A stretch of 64,000 nucleotides of DNA from NCBI RefSeq assembly GCF_009914755.1, contig NC_060928.1, one strand, 5' to 3'. The DNA comes from the human T2T-CHM13v2.0 reference genome, Homo sapiens. Shown here one piece after another: positions 1 to 17,482 of the stretch (positions within the stretch are counted from its first letter, which is position 1; every line of letters begins with the position of its first letter). The position numbers and the translations under genes are program-made. The notes beneath the pieces were generated by a model that had not been told where the DNA came from, made no database searches, and saw only the letters and a program-made list of their open reading frames with translations.

Positions 1-639
1 AACAGATGGGAGTGGCCAGCTTTTGCTATGGACCTCCAGACTCTTAGCTGCAAAAGACCCCACGACCTCCACAGACACTTGAGCTGGCAGGAAGAGCTGC
101 CTAGAAAGGTAGCACCAGCAGGATTCCAGCCTATACACAGCCCAGAGGGTTTGGCACAGGAATGGCTGCAGTAGAGCGTGGCAACACACCCATTCCCCAA
201 GGCTCCCCAAGCTCCTATAGGTGACTTTAGCCTTTTGAGGGTTGTTGGACTTGGACAATCAGGGCACTCTTGCCCATGGGACAAGGCCAGTACAATTTGA
301 GAGCATCCCCCTTTGTCTGCCGCCCCAGCCTGGCCATGCCTATGGCATTGTAGCCTTGGATGAATAACCTGGGGGGTCTTCATCTTAGTTCTATTGTTGG
401 CAGACCACACCTAACCATTGGAGAGCTGCAGCACAGCATCCACCTTTGATGTGACCAGCAGGTCACAGCCTTCCCCACTGTAGCCTCCCCCTTCCACTTG
501 TCTGATACATACTTACCCATGGGCATTTCCAACAACCACTTTGACAGTACATGCATGTGGGTGATTTCGTCTATCCTCTGATAATGGCACATATGTGTGT
601 GTACACCCCACCATTCTCTCAAGCCCGCCAGTGTGCAGT

Positions 640-960
640 GCCACTATGTGGGCATGCCATCCCTGCTGTGGCACAAGTGCTGCTCACAGATGTCAGAATC
701 CTTCTTGCTGGTGCCCCACCCCCGTCATGCTGCTGCCATTTCTGGCACAAGTGCAGCATGGATACCAGCACACTCACCCCTGCTGGTGCCCTGCCCCAAC
801 TGCACCACCACACAAGTGTGTGGAGAGATGCTGGTGCCTCCATTGCCACCTCACAACTGCTGGTGCCCAACCAAACCATTGCTGCCAGCCTGGATGTATG
901 CAAAAACACCTCTGACCTTCTCTGGTTTTTCCACCCCAGCGGATGCATGTGGAACCTGCT
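640..960 (+). repeat. Degenerate repeat array (tgctggtgccc-cored units) within the old L1 5' UTR
   Basis: gctggtgcc recurs near 707, 782, 830 and 859, and gcacaagtg also recurs. This explains the overlapping Cys/His/Pro-rich ORFs. Confidence 0.6.
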
Positions 961-2391
961 ACCTGCTGTGGCTACTGGCACGTGTGAGTGAGCACAGATC
1001 CCATTGCCATGACCTAAATGAAGTGCTTTGGCTGGCACCTTCCATTGGATTTTTGGGGCCAGCAGACCAGGAACACCTTGGTTCCTCCATTGCAGCACTT
1101 TCTAACTTCAAGAGGTGAAAGAACAAAGCTGGGAGACCTGTACCAGCTCTCCAGAGTTACAGCACACAGCCCAGAAGGGCTAAGCTGAGCCTTAGCCCCC
1201 TGAAATTTTCCAGAATTGAATCCAATCAACTTAATCTAACCTATACCACAATAAAACACCTAAGGGCATCAAAAAAGATCAAAGTAATAAAACCCTTCCA
1301 AATGACACCAACTTCAAAGATTAAATAAACATCAGTCCACACAGATGGGAAAAAAAATAGTGCAAGAATTCTGGCAACTCAAAAGCCAGAGTATCTTCTT
1401 ACCTTCTCACAAGCACACTGGTTCCCCAGCAATGTTTCTTAACAAATCTGAAATGGCTTAAATTACAGACATACAATTCAGAATCTAGATAAAATTTTCA
1501 AGATTCAAGAGAGAGTTGAAACCCAATCCAAGGAAATTAAGAATTACAATAAAATAATACAGAAGCTGAAAGTTGAACTGACAGAGCTGAAAAACACACT
1601 ACAATAATTTCATAATACAATTGCAAGTATTAACTGCAGAATAGACCAAAATGAGGCGAGAATCTCAGAGCTCAAAGACTGATTCTCTAAATTAACTCAG
1701 TGAGATAAAAAGTAAGAAAAAATAGTAATAAGGAATGAACAAAACCTTCAAGAAATATGAGATTATTTAAGGAGACCAAATCTGTGACTCATTGACATCC
1801 TTGAAAGAGAGGGAGAGAAAGCAAGCAACTTGAAAAACATATTTGAGGATATCATCCATGAAAATTTCCCCAACCTTACTAGAGAGGCCAACATTTAATT
1901 TCAGGAAGTACAGAGAACTCCTGTTAGACACTATGGAAAATGCCGATCCCCAAGACACATAGTGATCAGATTCTCCAAGGCTAAGATGAACAAAAATATA
2001 TTAAAGGCTGCTAGAGAGAAGTGGTAGGTCACCTAGAAAGGGAACCTAATCAGGCTAACAGCAGACCTTCCATCAGACACCCTGCAAGCCAAAAGAGATT
2101 GAGGGACTATATACAGCATTCTTAAAAAAAAAAAAGAAACTCCAACCATGAACTTCACGTCCAGTCAAACTAAACTTCATAAGCAAAGGAGAAATAAGAT
2201 CCTTTTCAGAGAAGCAAATGCCAAGGGCATTCATTACCACCAGACCTGTCATATAAGAGATCCTTAAATGAGTGCTAAATATGGAAACAAAAGACTATTA
2301 CTGGACACCACAAAAACACACTTAAGCACATAGGCCAGTGACACTATGAAGCACCTGCACAATCAAACCTGCATAATAACCAGTTAACTAC

Positions 2392-6000
<3,609 letters not shown>

Positions 6001-6839
6001 CAGCCAAAAATGTACAAGATCATGATCTTTGTAGCAACATGGATGGAGCTGGAGGCCATTATCCTAAGTGAACTAATGCAGGAATGGAAAACCAAATACC
6101 ACATGTTCTCATTAATATGTGGGTGGTAAACACTGAGTAGACATGGACTCAAAGAAGGGGACAACAGACATTGGGGCCTACGTGAGGCTGAAATGTGGGA
6201 AGGAGGGTGCAGTTTGAAAAAATACCTGTCTGGTATTATGGTTATTACCTGAGCAATGAAATAACCTGTACACCAAACTACCATGACACGCAAATTACCT
6301 ATGTAACAAACCTGCACATGTAATCCTGAAACTAAAATAAAAGTTTAGAGTCTACTTATATTTATACTATAAGTGGACTCTAAAAATTGAAAACAGGTAA
6401 AACATTATATGCACTTAGTATGAGTATGCACTTAGTTTAAAAATATATCTCAGTGTTTTACTTCAAAACTCATCTATACAAAATCAACTATCTATATTAC
6501 AGGAAATAAAAAAGTAAATAGGCTTCAATTACCAAATGGCAATTTAAGTAAATCAGTTAATAGGGTACACATATTGCCAAGTCAAACTTGACAAACATGT
6601 TTTGAAGTTTGCTCATTAGTTATAAAATTTTCACAGGTTGCAGTAAGGTTGCTCATTAAAAAATATTACTTTCTAAAATAAACCAGTAGTTCATTAAAAA
6701 TCTAATCTCTTTTAAAATATATCATTTAGTAATTTATTGAACAATATATAATTAGGTTGGTTTTAGAAACATTCAGTATATCAATAAGCTTTTCATTATT
6801 ACAGTTTATTCACAGTTTTAAAGTAGGTTTCATCAAAGT

Positions 6840-7115
6840 ATAATAAAATTAGGCATATAGTTCTATGAGTGTAACCACCTTCACAATCAAGATATAGAAC
6901 ATTTCATCACCCCAAATAATGTCCTCATGCTCCTTAGCAGTGAATCAACTCCATCTGTATCCAGTCCTAATTAAATTTCAGTCTCCAAGCTTTCGCCTTT
7001 TCCAAATATCAAATAAATGGAATCATTCAGCCTGTAGCCTTTTGGGTCCATCTTTTTTTGAACAGTATTATGTTTCTGAGTTTCATCCATATTGCTGTAT
7101 GTATCAGTAGTTTGA
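6840..7115 (-). mobile_element. L1MC/ME-type 3' fragment
   Basis: gtaaccaccttcacaatcaagatatagaacatttcatcacccc...ttcatccatattgctgtatgtatcagtagt is typical of antisense L1M 3' UTR. Confidence 0.65.
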
Positions 7116-7649
7116 TCATAATGGTAAAGCTTTAATTTAATTTCTAAGGTTTGTCCCCTATGGGAAAGATTTCTGGGAATCTCTTTCTGAAAAACTTGTT
7201 CTTAGAAACAATCCTGAAAGTATCATGAGCATTACATTTTTCTTCTGTGGGCCCAAGAATGCCAACTGAGATTCAGAGAGGTTAATTTCTCCAAATAAAA
7301 TAAAATTATTGCTACTTGTAAAGAGTTATTATATCCACATAATAATCCGTTAAACATCATTCACTTATATGTGCATACAGATCATAAAAGACTATACAAT
7401 TTATAACAGGTTTACCAAACACATCAAAATCTAGGTATACATTGAAGTAATGACTTGAAATTGAGTAATGGATCCTCCTGGTTCCACTCCTTTTTTATTT
7501 GAGTTGGATTTTGTGGATTTACATTCTTTGCACTTCTTAGCAATACTTTCCGGATGTCATTTTCCTTCCTGGAGATTTACTTAGTTATATATTTCTGCAG
7601 AGATTGGCTATTAAAACTGGTATTCCTTCGGCATATATTTTAGGACTTA

Positions 7650-8259
7650 TTTTTCCTTTGGAATTGTTATCCACTCCTTCTTGGCTTCATTTGACATCCA
7701 TATATCATGGCTGTATAACCAAAATAATTTCACAATATAAATATCCAGCCTAGTATCTCTCTTGTGTTTAAAACACATATATAAAATAATTTACTAAAAT
7801 ACACAATTAGATACCTAGCAGGAAATTAAAATTTCTATATGTCCAAAGATAAACTTACTATCTCCTCTTTACTTTTTAACCTCATATGTTTCCAATCTCA
7901 ATGTATGACACTAAACAATGCCGAGCTTCTTTAGACAGAAACCTGGGATTTGCATTTGATTGTTTCTTGTCCCTTCAACGAATCTAACTCAGTTACCATG
8001 CCCTGGCTTGATAACTCTTTCTCCTGCATATCTCTACTTCCTTAGTTTTTCTTCTTTTCCACCCTCACTTTCCTTAGTCCATGACACTATATACTTTAAT
8101 CTTACTTTAGTATCATCATAAATGGTTTCCTGCTTCCTTGCATCTTTGCTCCATTATGTCTTTATCACATTAGAATATTAATGGTATTTCAGAAATGACA
8201 CTTTATTCATTCGATTTATCTGTGGAAAATTCATCGCTCTAGGAAAATTCAGACTATTA
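7650..8259 (+). mobile_element. L2 fragment, highly diverged
   Basis: atatccagcc...atgtccaaagataaactt...cagaaacctggga motifs. Confidence 0.5.
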
Positions 8260-8722
8260 TGTAGCAAATGAAAAAAATGTCTTTTCCTGCCCATCATTAG
8301 GTTCATGGCTGAGGCCTCTATAAAAAAGAGAGGTTAACAAGAAAAAAACATAGAAATATATCTATTTTAAGTTTTCTATAACAGGGAAAATCTTAAAAGA
8401 AGATACAAAAAAATAGGTAAACTTCTGTGTTTTTATGCTTAAATTTGATGAAAAGGTGTATAATTGTGGAGACATATAATTGGACAAAGGAGGGATGATC
8501 TAAATGTGGAAGGAATTTATTAAGGCCTTTTTGTTCAGATTTTTCTCTATATTTCTCTGTCTTCATAAAAGGATCTTCCTTTCCTCTGGGTATAGGGAAA
8601 ATACCTCTCAAATTAGGGTCTTATGACCTGCTTCAGAGTAGAAGAACTAGGAGAACATGAGAGAGGTCTTCCTGCTTGTGCTGTTTTCTCAAATAACAAG
8701 GTAGCATGCTCTAAACCCTCTA
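8260..8722 (-). mobile_element. ERV1-class solo LTR (MER34/MER39-like)
   Basis: Starts tgtag; ggttcatggctgaggcctctataaaaaagagaggtt resembles the reverse complement of the 3' end of the LTR at 33.2-33.76 kb. Confidence 0.6.
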
Positions 8723-8986
8723 ATGTCTACATTTTATGGTGCATCAGCGATCATCTCTGTGGTTTCATCTTTCTGCAAATATCCCTCATCTTCTATATTT
8801 AAATTTTAGCAGAGAAAGCCTCATCTATTGGCCTTCACTTATGTTGTTCTCTCTACCTCAGACAGTAATTCTTTATACATCTAGCTAATTTTCACTTTCT
8901 TCTAAAGGTGAAGCTTGAATATTACCTTTATAAATTAAAATTTGCCTGATTCTCCTATAGTACATTAGGTATTTTTGCAATATTTT

Positions 8987-9497
8987 TGTCTTCGTTTTCT
9001 ATAGCTGTTGAAACAAACCACAAGTTAGTGACTTAAAGCCACCAATTTATTACTTTAAATTCTGTAGAAATCAGAAACAGGACTCACTAAATTAAGGTGT
9101 CAATAAGGCTGAAATTCTTTCTGGAGGCTCGAGGATTGTACCAGACTTTCTTGCCTTTCCCAGCTTCCGGAGGCTACTGCTATTCCTTGACTTGTAAACT
9201 CTTTCCTTCATCTTCAAACCAGCAAAATTGCCTCTCTCAGAGTTCTCTTCCATGGTCACATCTTACTTTGCTCACAATTGGGAAAAAAATCTCTGATTTT
9301 AAGAACCTATGTAATTAGATTGATCCCACTTATGGTATTCAGGATAATCCACCCATCTCAAGGTTCTTAATCACATCTCGAGAGTTCTTTTTAGTCATGT
9401 AAGATAATGTATTCACAGGTTTCAGAAATTAGGACACTAGAACTAGGAGATTATGACATGGATATCTTTGGGGAGAGCCATTATCCTGCCCACAACA
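8987..9497 (-). mobile_element. MaLR MLT1 (C/D-like) LTR
   Basis: tgtc...aaccacaagttagtgacttaaag...ttctggaggct...caggataatcc...ccattatcctgcccacaaca. Confidence 0.75.
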
Positions 9498-9582
9498 GTT
9501 CCCATTTTACCTTCAATTCTCCCTTCTATGCACCAACAAATAGTATTACAATCTTTATTTAATATCTGTAGTTTCGATTATA

Positions 9583-9872
9583 TTTTTTTTTGAGGCGGAG
9601 TCTTGCTCTGTTGCCCAGGCTGGAATGCAGTGGCAAGATCTCCACTCAGTGCAACGTCTGCCTCCCGGGTTCAAGCAATTCTCTGCCTCAGCCTCCCAAG
9701 TAGCTGGGATTACAGATGCCCGTCACCACGTCCGGTTAATTTCTGTATTTTCAGTAGAGACAGGATTTCTCCACGTTGGCAAGGCTAGTCTCAAACTCCT
9801 GACTTCAAGTGATCCACCCGCCTTGGCCTCCCAAAGTGCTGGGATTACAGGCGTGAGCCACCATGCCCGGCC
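9583..9872 (-). mobile_element. AluS (Sx-like), full length
   Basis: Complete antisense Alu with TSD cgatta(t/g)att at 9575 and 9873. Confidence 0.97.
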
Positions 9873-11664
9873 CGATTAGATTATTATATAAAGTATAATA
9901 TTTAAATTCTTTGGTTCCTATTCCCTAGAAAATTTGGAGTTCCTCTTAAGTATGTTTCAACTAAAGCAATGAGTACCCAGGATCTGGATGAAACTTGAGA
10001 TTGCAAAGGAAATAAAGTGGAATGTAGTACAAAAGCTACCCTACTTTATTTGTAGCTAGAAGAAACATTATTCTCTTTAATCTTTGCCTAGAAACTGCTA
10101 TTTTTTTAGAACTATGTGTAATAACAATTATTGAAGGAACTTCATATTATTTGAGTTATTCTTTAGATGAGTTAATGTCTGGCAAGTTATAGTCTTTTTT
10201 CTCAACAAGCAATATTATATTTATATTTAGTGAAAACTTATTTCACTTTTAAAATATTTATTTTAAATATATTATTATGATTGTTATTTTTAAAAATAAT
10301 TTTCATATATCTTCATAAGTAATTTCATGGAAAATAAGAAATGAGACAATCATTAGTGGCTGGTAAAATAGCTCTGCTTCTAATCTGAAATAAATTGTTT
10401 TCTCTTATTTTTGTGAGGTATATTCATTAGTATTTTAATTTTTTAAATAAAATTCATATCAAAATGGTTGTATGTACTTTGATCATCTTTGATTCAGATA
10501 CATTGCTCACTTTCCTTTTGTTATTCTATTTCATAACGTAGAGTCTTAGCCTCCGGCTCCCACATCCTCATGTATAGATTCAATTTGGATTTAAACAATG
10601 GGTAGTATTGGAGAAGACTTAAAAAGCAAGATACAAAGAAGGGAAAAATCAGCATATTTGTCTCTCACTTTCTGCCCTTAGCGGTGTCTGGCTCAAACAG
10701 TGGATACACGTGTCTTCCATGGTTCCATATACCATCAGGTACCTACCATTTTTTTTTGTTCCCAGCTTTATTTATGATTTAATCACTAACTGATGGTCGG
10801 GTTTTCATCATTTTAATCAGATTATTGCATTGACTTCTTTCTTTGAACTAGTCATAATTGTTTTTGTTTTTCTGTTTAGGCTCTGACATATATTAGGACT
10901 AGTTGATTTATACAAATGTATTTAAACATCTCTAAACATAAAGCAACTTCGTTTGTGCACACTTTTAAAACAGTTCTGAATAACAGATAACGTCTTATTT
11001 CAACAAGCATATTTTTAAACATTGTTTTACTTGGAGAGGACAAATGAGCAATGTAAAATATTAAAAATATAGATGAACTATTTAATTACATAATTATAAG
11101 ATCAAACATATTAATGTGTACATATTTAAAATATGCAGTACAAAAATATATTTACACTGAAATATTTTTGTTTATACTCTCATTTCATGAAATGTTTTCA
11201 GTTAAAATTTTTAATATACATCTTTCACATTAGTGATTTTGTCATTATTAAAGATGCATTTTGGGAATACTGATTTTTTTTATAATGCAGCATCCTCATG
11301 TAGTGTAATTGTTTGAGGTAGGTTTTTTTTTTGCCTTGGGATGATGGGCATTTAATCCCATGCCACAAAAAGATATTTGCATAAAATTTTGGCAGACATC
11401 TTTCCTCTTATTCTGCTGGTGTGTGACTATAATTCAGCCACATTTTTTAAGGCTTTTGAAATGATTTGTAATAAAATACAACTCTTGCATTTTATGTTCA
11501 TATTATTATGAATACTTATTTAATTTGTATTGTAACTGCAGACTTTCCATTATAAAAATTGCAACAGGTGTTCTTAGCAAGCAATCAACTCAAGCAATTC
11601 ACTTATAAAGGAAAGAGATTAAAAAATGAGATCTATTGACTCATCTTCAAATAGAACTTGGGTG

Positions 11665-12520
11665 ATTTATTTTATTTATGTAATTTTTTCCCGCTTCATA
11701 AGGGTATACCTGATAAAAAAAAGTTGTATAGATTTAAGGTATACAACATGATGATTTTACATGTTATACATGTGTGAACACATATTCGTAAGTATATAAT
11801 ATATACAGTGAAATGATTACCACAGTCTAGTTGCCTTTTTTCTTTTGTGTTGAGAACACTTAAGATCTACTTTATTAGCATATTTTAAGTATATAATACA
11901 GTATTTTTAACTATAGTCATCATGGTGTACATTAGATCCCCATAACTTATTCATTTTGTAAGTAAAATTTTGTACTCTTTAGCTAACATTTCTCTATTTT
12001 CCCCACTTCCCAGTCCCTGGAAACAACCATTCTACTCTTGCTTTCTGTGAGCTCAACACTTTTAGGTTTCACATATATAGTGATATCATACAGTATTCGT
12101 CTTTTTCTGTCTGACTGCTTTCACTTAGCATAATGCACTCAAGTTTCACCTATATTGTCCCAAATGGCAGAAATTTATTTTTTATGTCAAAATAATATTA
12201 CATTTTACCTATTCATCCAGCTAGTTAATGTATTTAGCCAACAGACATTTAGGTTATCTTCATATCTTGTCTATTATGAATAATGCTGCAATAAAAATGG
12301 GAGTTCAGATATCTCTTCAATGTCCTGATTTTGTTTTCTTTGAATATATACCCTAAAGTGGGATATTTTTAATTTTTTGAATAACCTCCATGCTGTTTTC
12401 CATAATGGCTGTAATCAATTTACATTCCCACCAATAGTGTAGAAGCGTTCCCTCTTCTTCACATCTTTGCTACTTGTATCTTTTAACATTTTTGTAATAA
12501 ACATTCTATCAGATGTAATT
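11665..12520 (-). mobile_element. L1MA/MB 3' fragment
   Basis: caaccattctactct, ttcacttagcataatg, taatgctgcaataaa and tacattcccaccaatagtgt motifs. Confidence 0.85.
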
Positions 12521-12634
12521 AAAATTTAAACTATTAATTCAAATAAGGTTTATTTCTCTTATAATTCTATTAGTGGAAAAGAATAAAAAAGAGAACTAAT
12601 AGCATGATTCAGTTATGTATTTAAGGCATTGATT

Positions 12635-13577
12635 TATTATTTTATGTGTTATATTAACAGAAAACTTACATTTACTGTGTATAACATGATGTTTTCCATT
12701 ATATACACATTGTGAAATGACTAAATCTGTCTTTTTACCCTATGTATTATCTCACATAGCTGTTGCTTTTGTAGTGAGTACTCTTTACATACCCTCTCTT
12801 AGCACTTTTCAAGAATACAATATATTACTAATAATGGTCCCCAAGATGTACAATTGATCTCTTGAACCTATTGTTTCTGTTTGCTACTTTGTATTCATTG
12901 ACCAATATGTCTACACTCCCCTCAATCATCCCGGCCTTTGGTAACTACCATTCTACTCTCCACCTCTTTGAGATTAACTTTCTTACATTCTACATATGAG
13001 TGATATCCTGTGGTATTTGTCTTACTATCCCTGGCTTATTTCACTTAACATAATGTCTTCCTAGGATCATCCATGTTGTCACAAATGACAAGATTTCATT
13101 CTTTTTAAGGCTGAAAGTGGTATATATAACACATGTTCCTCATTCATCCATTGATGGACACTTAGATGTACTCCATATCTTGGCTATTGTAAGCAATGCT
13201 GCAATAAACATGTGAGTGCAGCTGTCTCTTTGCATACTGATTCTATTTCTTTTTAATATATACCCAATAGTGAAATTGCTGGGTTATATGGTAGTTCTGT
13301 TCTTGTTTTTGAAGAACCTCCATACTGTTTTTCATAATGGCTACACCAATTTATATCACCACCAACATGCAAGTGCTGTCTTTTCTCTACACGCTTGATA
13401 AAGCTTGTTATATTTTGTCTTTTTTATAATAGCCATTCTAGTAGATGTTAGGTTATAGCTCATTGTGGTTTTAATTTGCATTTCACTGATAATTAGTAAT
13501 GTTGAGGATTTTTCATATACCTGTTGACCATTTGTATGTCTTCTTTTGAGAAATGTCTATTAAGATTATTTGCCCAG
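12635..13577 (-). mobile_element. Second L1MA 3' fragment
   Basis: Separate 3' end: ggcttatttcacttaacataatg...ttttgagaaatgtctatt. Confidence 0.85.
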
Positions 13578-13874
13578 ATATATTATAGAATAATTTTGTT
13601 CTCACTTCTTAAACATTGGCTCATTTATTCACTTTCATGTGTCTTTAATCAGCTATTCTGTATACTTATCTATACAAACACAAGTTCTATCTTTTCCTAA
13701 TACATTCCCTTTCTATGGCTATTAATTTGATTGTATCTGTTTATTGTAACATCGTATTAAATGTTTTAATGTTTTACTTTACTTCATATGAATGTGCATT
13801 CACATACATACAAACACAAAATAATTCATCACTTTAACAAGCACGTTCCATGTCCAGATGTCATTCTCTATCTA

Positions 13875-14198
13875 CACTGTCCAGTGTGGTGTCTATTAAC
13901 TTTATGAGGCAATTCAAGCACTTTGACTGTGGCCAATTAGAATTGATATGTGCTGCAAGGGAATAAACAAAACAAAACAAAAAACAGATTTTCAAGAATT
14001 AGATTTTTAAATATAAAACATCTTGTTAATATTTTATATTGATTATATGCTGAAATTATATTTTGGATATATTAAGTAAAATATATCATTAAAATTAATT
14101 CAACTTTGTTTTTACCTTATTTAATGATGTTCCTACAAAATGTAAAATTGTATATTTGGCTCACTTATATGGTTCACTTTTACTTCTATTGTACAATA
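13875..14198 (-). mobile_element. MER33 (hAT-Charlie) DNA transposon
   Basis: cactgtccag...cttctattgtacaat termini; reverse-complement similar to the copy at 44.3 kb. Confidence 0.7.
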
Positions 14199-14459
14199 TT
14201 CTAGATAAGGTTGAGGGCATGTTCTATTCTCAAAGAATACGTAGCACATTAAGTAATAATTATTTGAATAATAAAATTAATTTCATAATGTGAGCATCCC
14301 ATATTACAAATATAATGGATAATATATGGATACATTTAATAATGAAAACTAAATTTGTGTTGAAATTTAAAGAATGAATAGGAATTTATCACCAAAAGCT
14401 AGGGAAAAGCATATGCCACATATGATGGCTTGGCTAAGTGATATTCTAAGAGATTTATG

Positions 14460-14558
14460 CAGATGCTCCTTGACTTATACAATGGGGTTACATCCAGATA
14501 AAATCTTTGCAAATTTGAAAAACCACAAGTTGAACCATCATAAACTGGGGACCATTTG
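14460..14558 (+). mobile_element. About 100-bp MER47-type (Tigger) miniature element
   Basis: TIRs cagatgctccttgactta / taaactggggaccatttg followed by TA; internal atggggttacatccagataaa. Confidence 0.75.
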
Positions 14559-17319
14559 TATATAGAATTATTTTAAGAAGCGCAGGAGGCTAGAGATATG
14601 TAACAAGGTAGGTGGAATACCACATACATATCTAACAGAAGGTCAGTCTTTTAGGTATTACTTGAAAGGGCAAAATAGTTCAAGGTGACTGTCTCCAGAG
14701 AGATCTGAAAGATATTTTTAAGAATCGAAACTTTGACCAAGAGTTGTATTTTATTATCAAATTTAATCTAGTGAAAAATCCAATTTGTTTAAACCCTTGG
14801 AAAATTCACAAAATCCATTTTTATTCACAAATCTATATTTTTATTTGCTATTTTTCAATGTTTTCAAGTTTCTTAAAGAAAAGAAAAGTTTGAGCATTGG
14901 CTGTATATGAAACATAAATGAAGCATGGTTGCTTAGGAATTGTACAATTTCAATCCTGCTTAGACTTTTCAGAGCATTTAATTTTGAACTTAAATAGCCA
15001 AAGAAAAAAGAAAATAATTTAGCTGGTGATTTCATGGTCCTGTTTTTCTTCATTATCCCTTGTTGAGTCTCCTACTGTTTATAAAATTGAAAAATCATGC
15101 TGAGCTGAATGTCCAATGGCCTGAATAAAATTGATTTTAACATTGTGTATCCCAATGAACAAAAAAGTAATTATAGTCCATATTTACTTTATGTGCTACC
15201 TATGTAACTACTGTTTATGTTGTGAATGTACCTTTTTATGATGACTCAAACTGATAGAATTAGAGATTATAATCAGCATTAAAAAACCAAGATTAAGACA
15301 ATTGTCAATCCTTTCATTAAAATAGCAGTCAAAAGAACACACAAAATTTTAGAATAAAGCAAATTTTAGATTAATTTCTTTAGATTCTAAAATTTTATTA
15401 TTTAAGTTTAAAGAGGATAGCAAAACATAAAACATTTTCATTATTTTTCTTATTAGAAGTTCACATGATAATTTAAAAAAATTTTATTAAAATTGAAGCT
15501 ATCAGAGATGATGTGGCACATTAAGCTACAGAAAGTAACTTTAGCCCTTATCTGTTCACTTTAAATATATATGAAAAATGTAAAAAACATTGTTTCTTCA
15601 AAGTCAATAATAACAGGAGAAAATGAATTTGCTTTATTTTTCAATCAGCACCAATTTGAAGTAAACTATAATTGCTGTATGTTTGACCAGTTCATTATTA
15701 TATTTTGCCTTGAACAATCATACATAAATGTATTAAAATGTCCTGACTTTCATTACCAGAGTCTTGGGGCAGGATTTTATTTTTAAACCAAAGTTCAAAA
15801 ACCCTGTTCTCTTGATAATAATCAGATGATGTTTGTTTTCTTGACTCAATGCTTTAATTTAATTAAAGGTTCCTGCTGTTTGGAAGCCATTGTTCTAGAA
15901 TTTTGTTTTGTACTAGGAAAATAAAAATTACTACAACATTTTCAGTCCTTTAGAGGATGATCCACTGGGAAGTTAGATCCCAGTGTCCCAGAGGCTATTA
16001 AATATAAGAGTAGCTTGGCACTGATTCACCTTAGCACAACTGCTAGAAAATTAGTTCACATTAAGCTGCATTTAAGTAATTTAGGGCAGCAATACCCTTG
16101 TCTTAAAATGTCTCTAAAAATATGAGAAATGTAAACATGATGTCCACACATCCAACTGTCCCTAGGAGGCTTTGATTGTCCTCCTGATTCCATGAGGTTA
16201 ATAAAACTACAAATGTCAATTTAAAAACTACTAATTGCAACAAATTTTGTAGCTTGCTGATATTGTTGCTTGTTTTAACAATATTTACCAGGAAGTTGAC
16301 AAAATTATAAGCTTAGGAATCATTATTTATCTCATGTTTGTGTCACACGCATCTTCTGCACATCAAAAGAAAATAATTGTTTTTTAAATAGCCTCTTTGG
16401 TCTTCATCATACAGATAGGTTGGGAGTAAGTAGTAGGGGCGTCAGATAAGCAATTAGGTAGAAAATGCTTTGACAATTTAAAAAAGGTTGTACAAAATGT
16501 AGTTATTCTCAAGTATATGAGGATAATATTGCATGACTACTGCTTATACAATTATGCTGTAAGCCAATTCATGCCCATTGCTGATTGGTGGAAAGAAAGA
16601 CTGCTTTTTTTTATTTTCTTAGAGATAAATATTATTACATTTTTAAAAATTAACATAATCTCATTTCCCTTTTAATATTTTTGTAAAGATTTTTTTCCAG
16701 GAATCGGTTTCTGGTATAATTTGTTCTCTTCAAGCTTGAAATAAATATGATTTTTCATCAACAGAATATACTCTTAAAAGTAGAGTGTCATTTCTTACTC
16801 TCATAAGTGCCATTCAGCGACACTAAGTAAAAACGTTCCTCTAGTTCAGATGTGCAATTTCTTAATGTTGCTTAGTAGCATATCCTCTGCTTACTCCGTT
16901 TTTGCTGGGGAGTGGGAGTTTTGTAATAGATATTGATTTGTCATATATTTTAAGATCCCTGCTCTTTGTTACTTATTCATGTAGAGATATATGCAAATGA
17001 TATAAAGGACTAATAGCGTCATAGATGTTATAAATTAATGGGACAATTAAATGTGGTAATTTTAATTATGATACAAGACCAGTGGAAGTAGACTACTTTT
17101 GTGCAGAAAGTTCCCCCTGGGCTCTTGTCTAGCCATTTCTATTATAAAAATAGCCAGCCAGCTAAACAGTAAAATAAACTGAATAACTCAACATTATTCT
17201 AGGCAGAACTTGTTGGTTCAATTTAGTTTGTGGCCTAAGGAAGGGACTGAATGAAACTATTTTATTAAAGACTCTCTGCTTGAGGAATCTGACTGACTGA
17301 ATTCTATCTAAACTTTATC

Positions 17320-17482
17320 AAAAGCTGACCATATGTCTGGATAGATTAGGGAATTTTTCCTCCTCCTCTCTATAACTGGTAGTAATAATTTCTTAAACAA
17401 CATAGTTATTGCAAGAATTAAATATGACAAATTTTCAAAAATGCTTAGACTGATGCCTTACTTAAAGTAGGCAAGAAATGAA
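17320..17482 (+). mobile_element. MIR fragment
   Basis: catagttattgcaagaattaaatatgac...aaaatgcttagac, resembling the MIR 3' half. Confidence 0.55.

Noticed and set aside
380-1229. Stack of 70-173 aa overlapping Cys/His/Pro-rich ORFs on both strands
   Set aside because: They lie in the GC-rich repetitive 5' UTR of an old L1, where stop codons are scarce; no recognisable domain.
16560-16592. Two opposed CCAAT boxes as a promoter
   Set aside because: No CpG island or downstream gene; likely chance.
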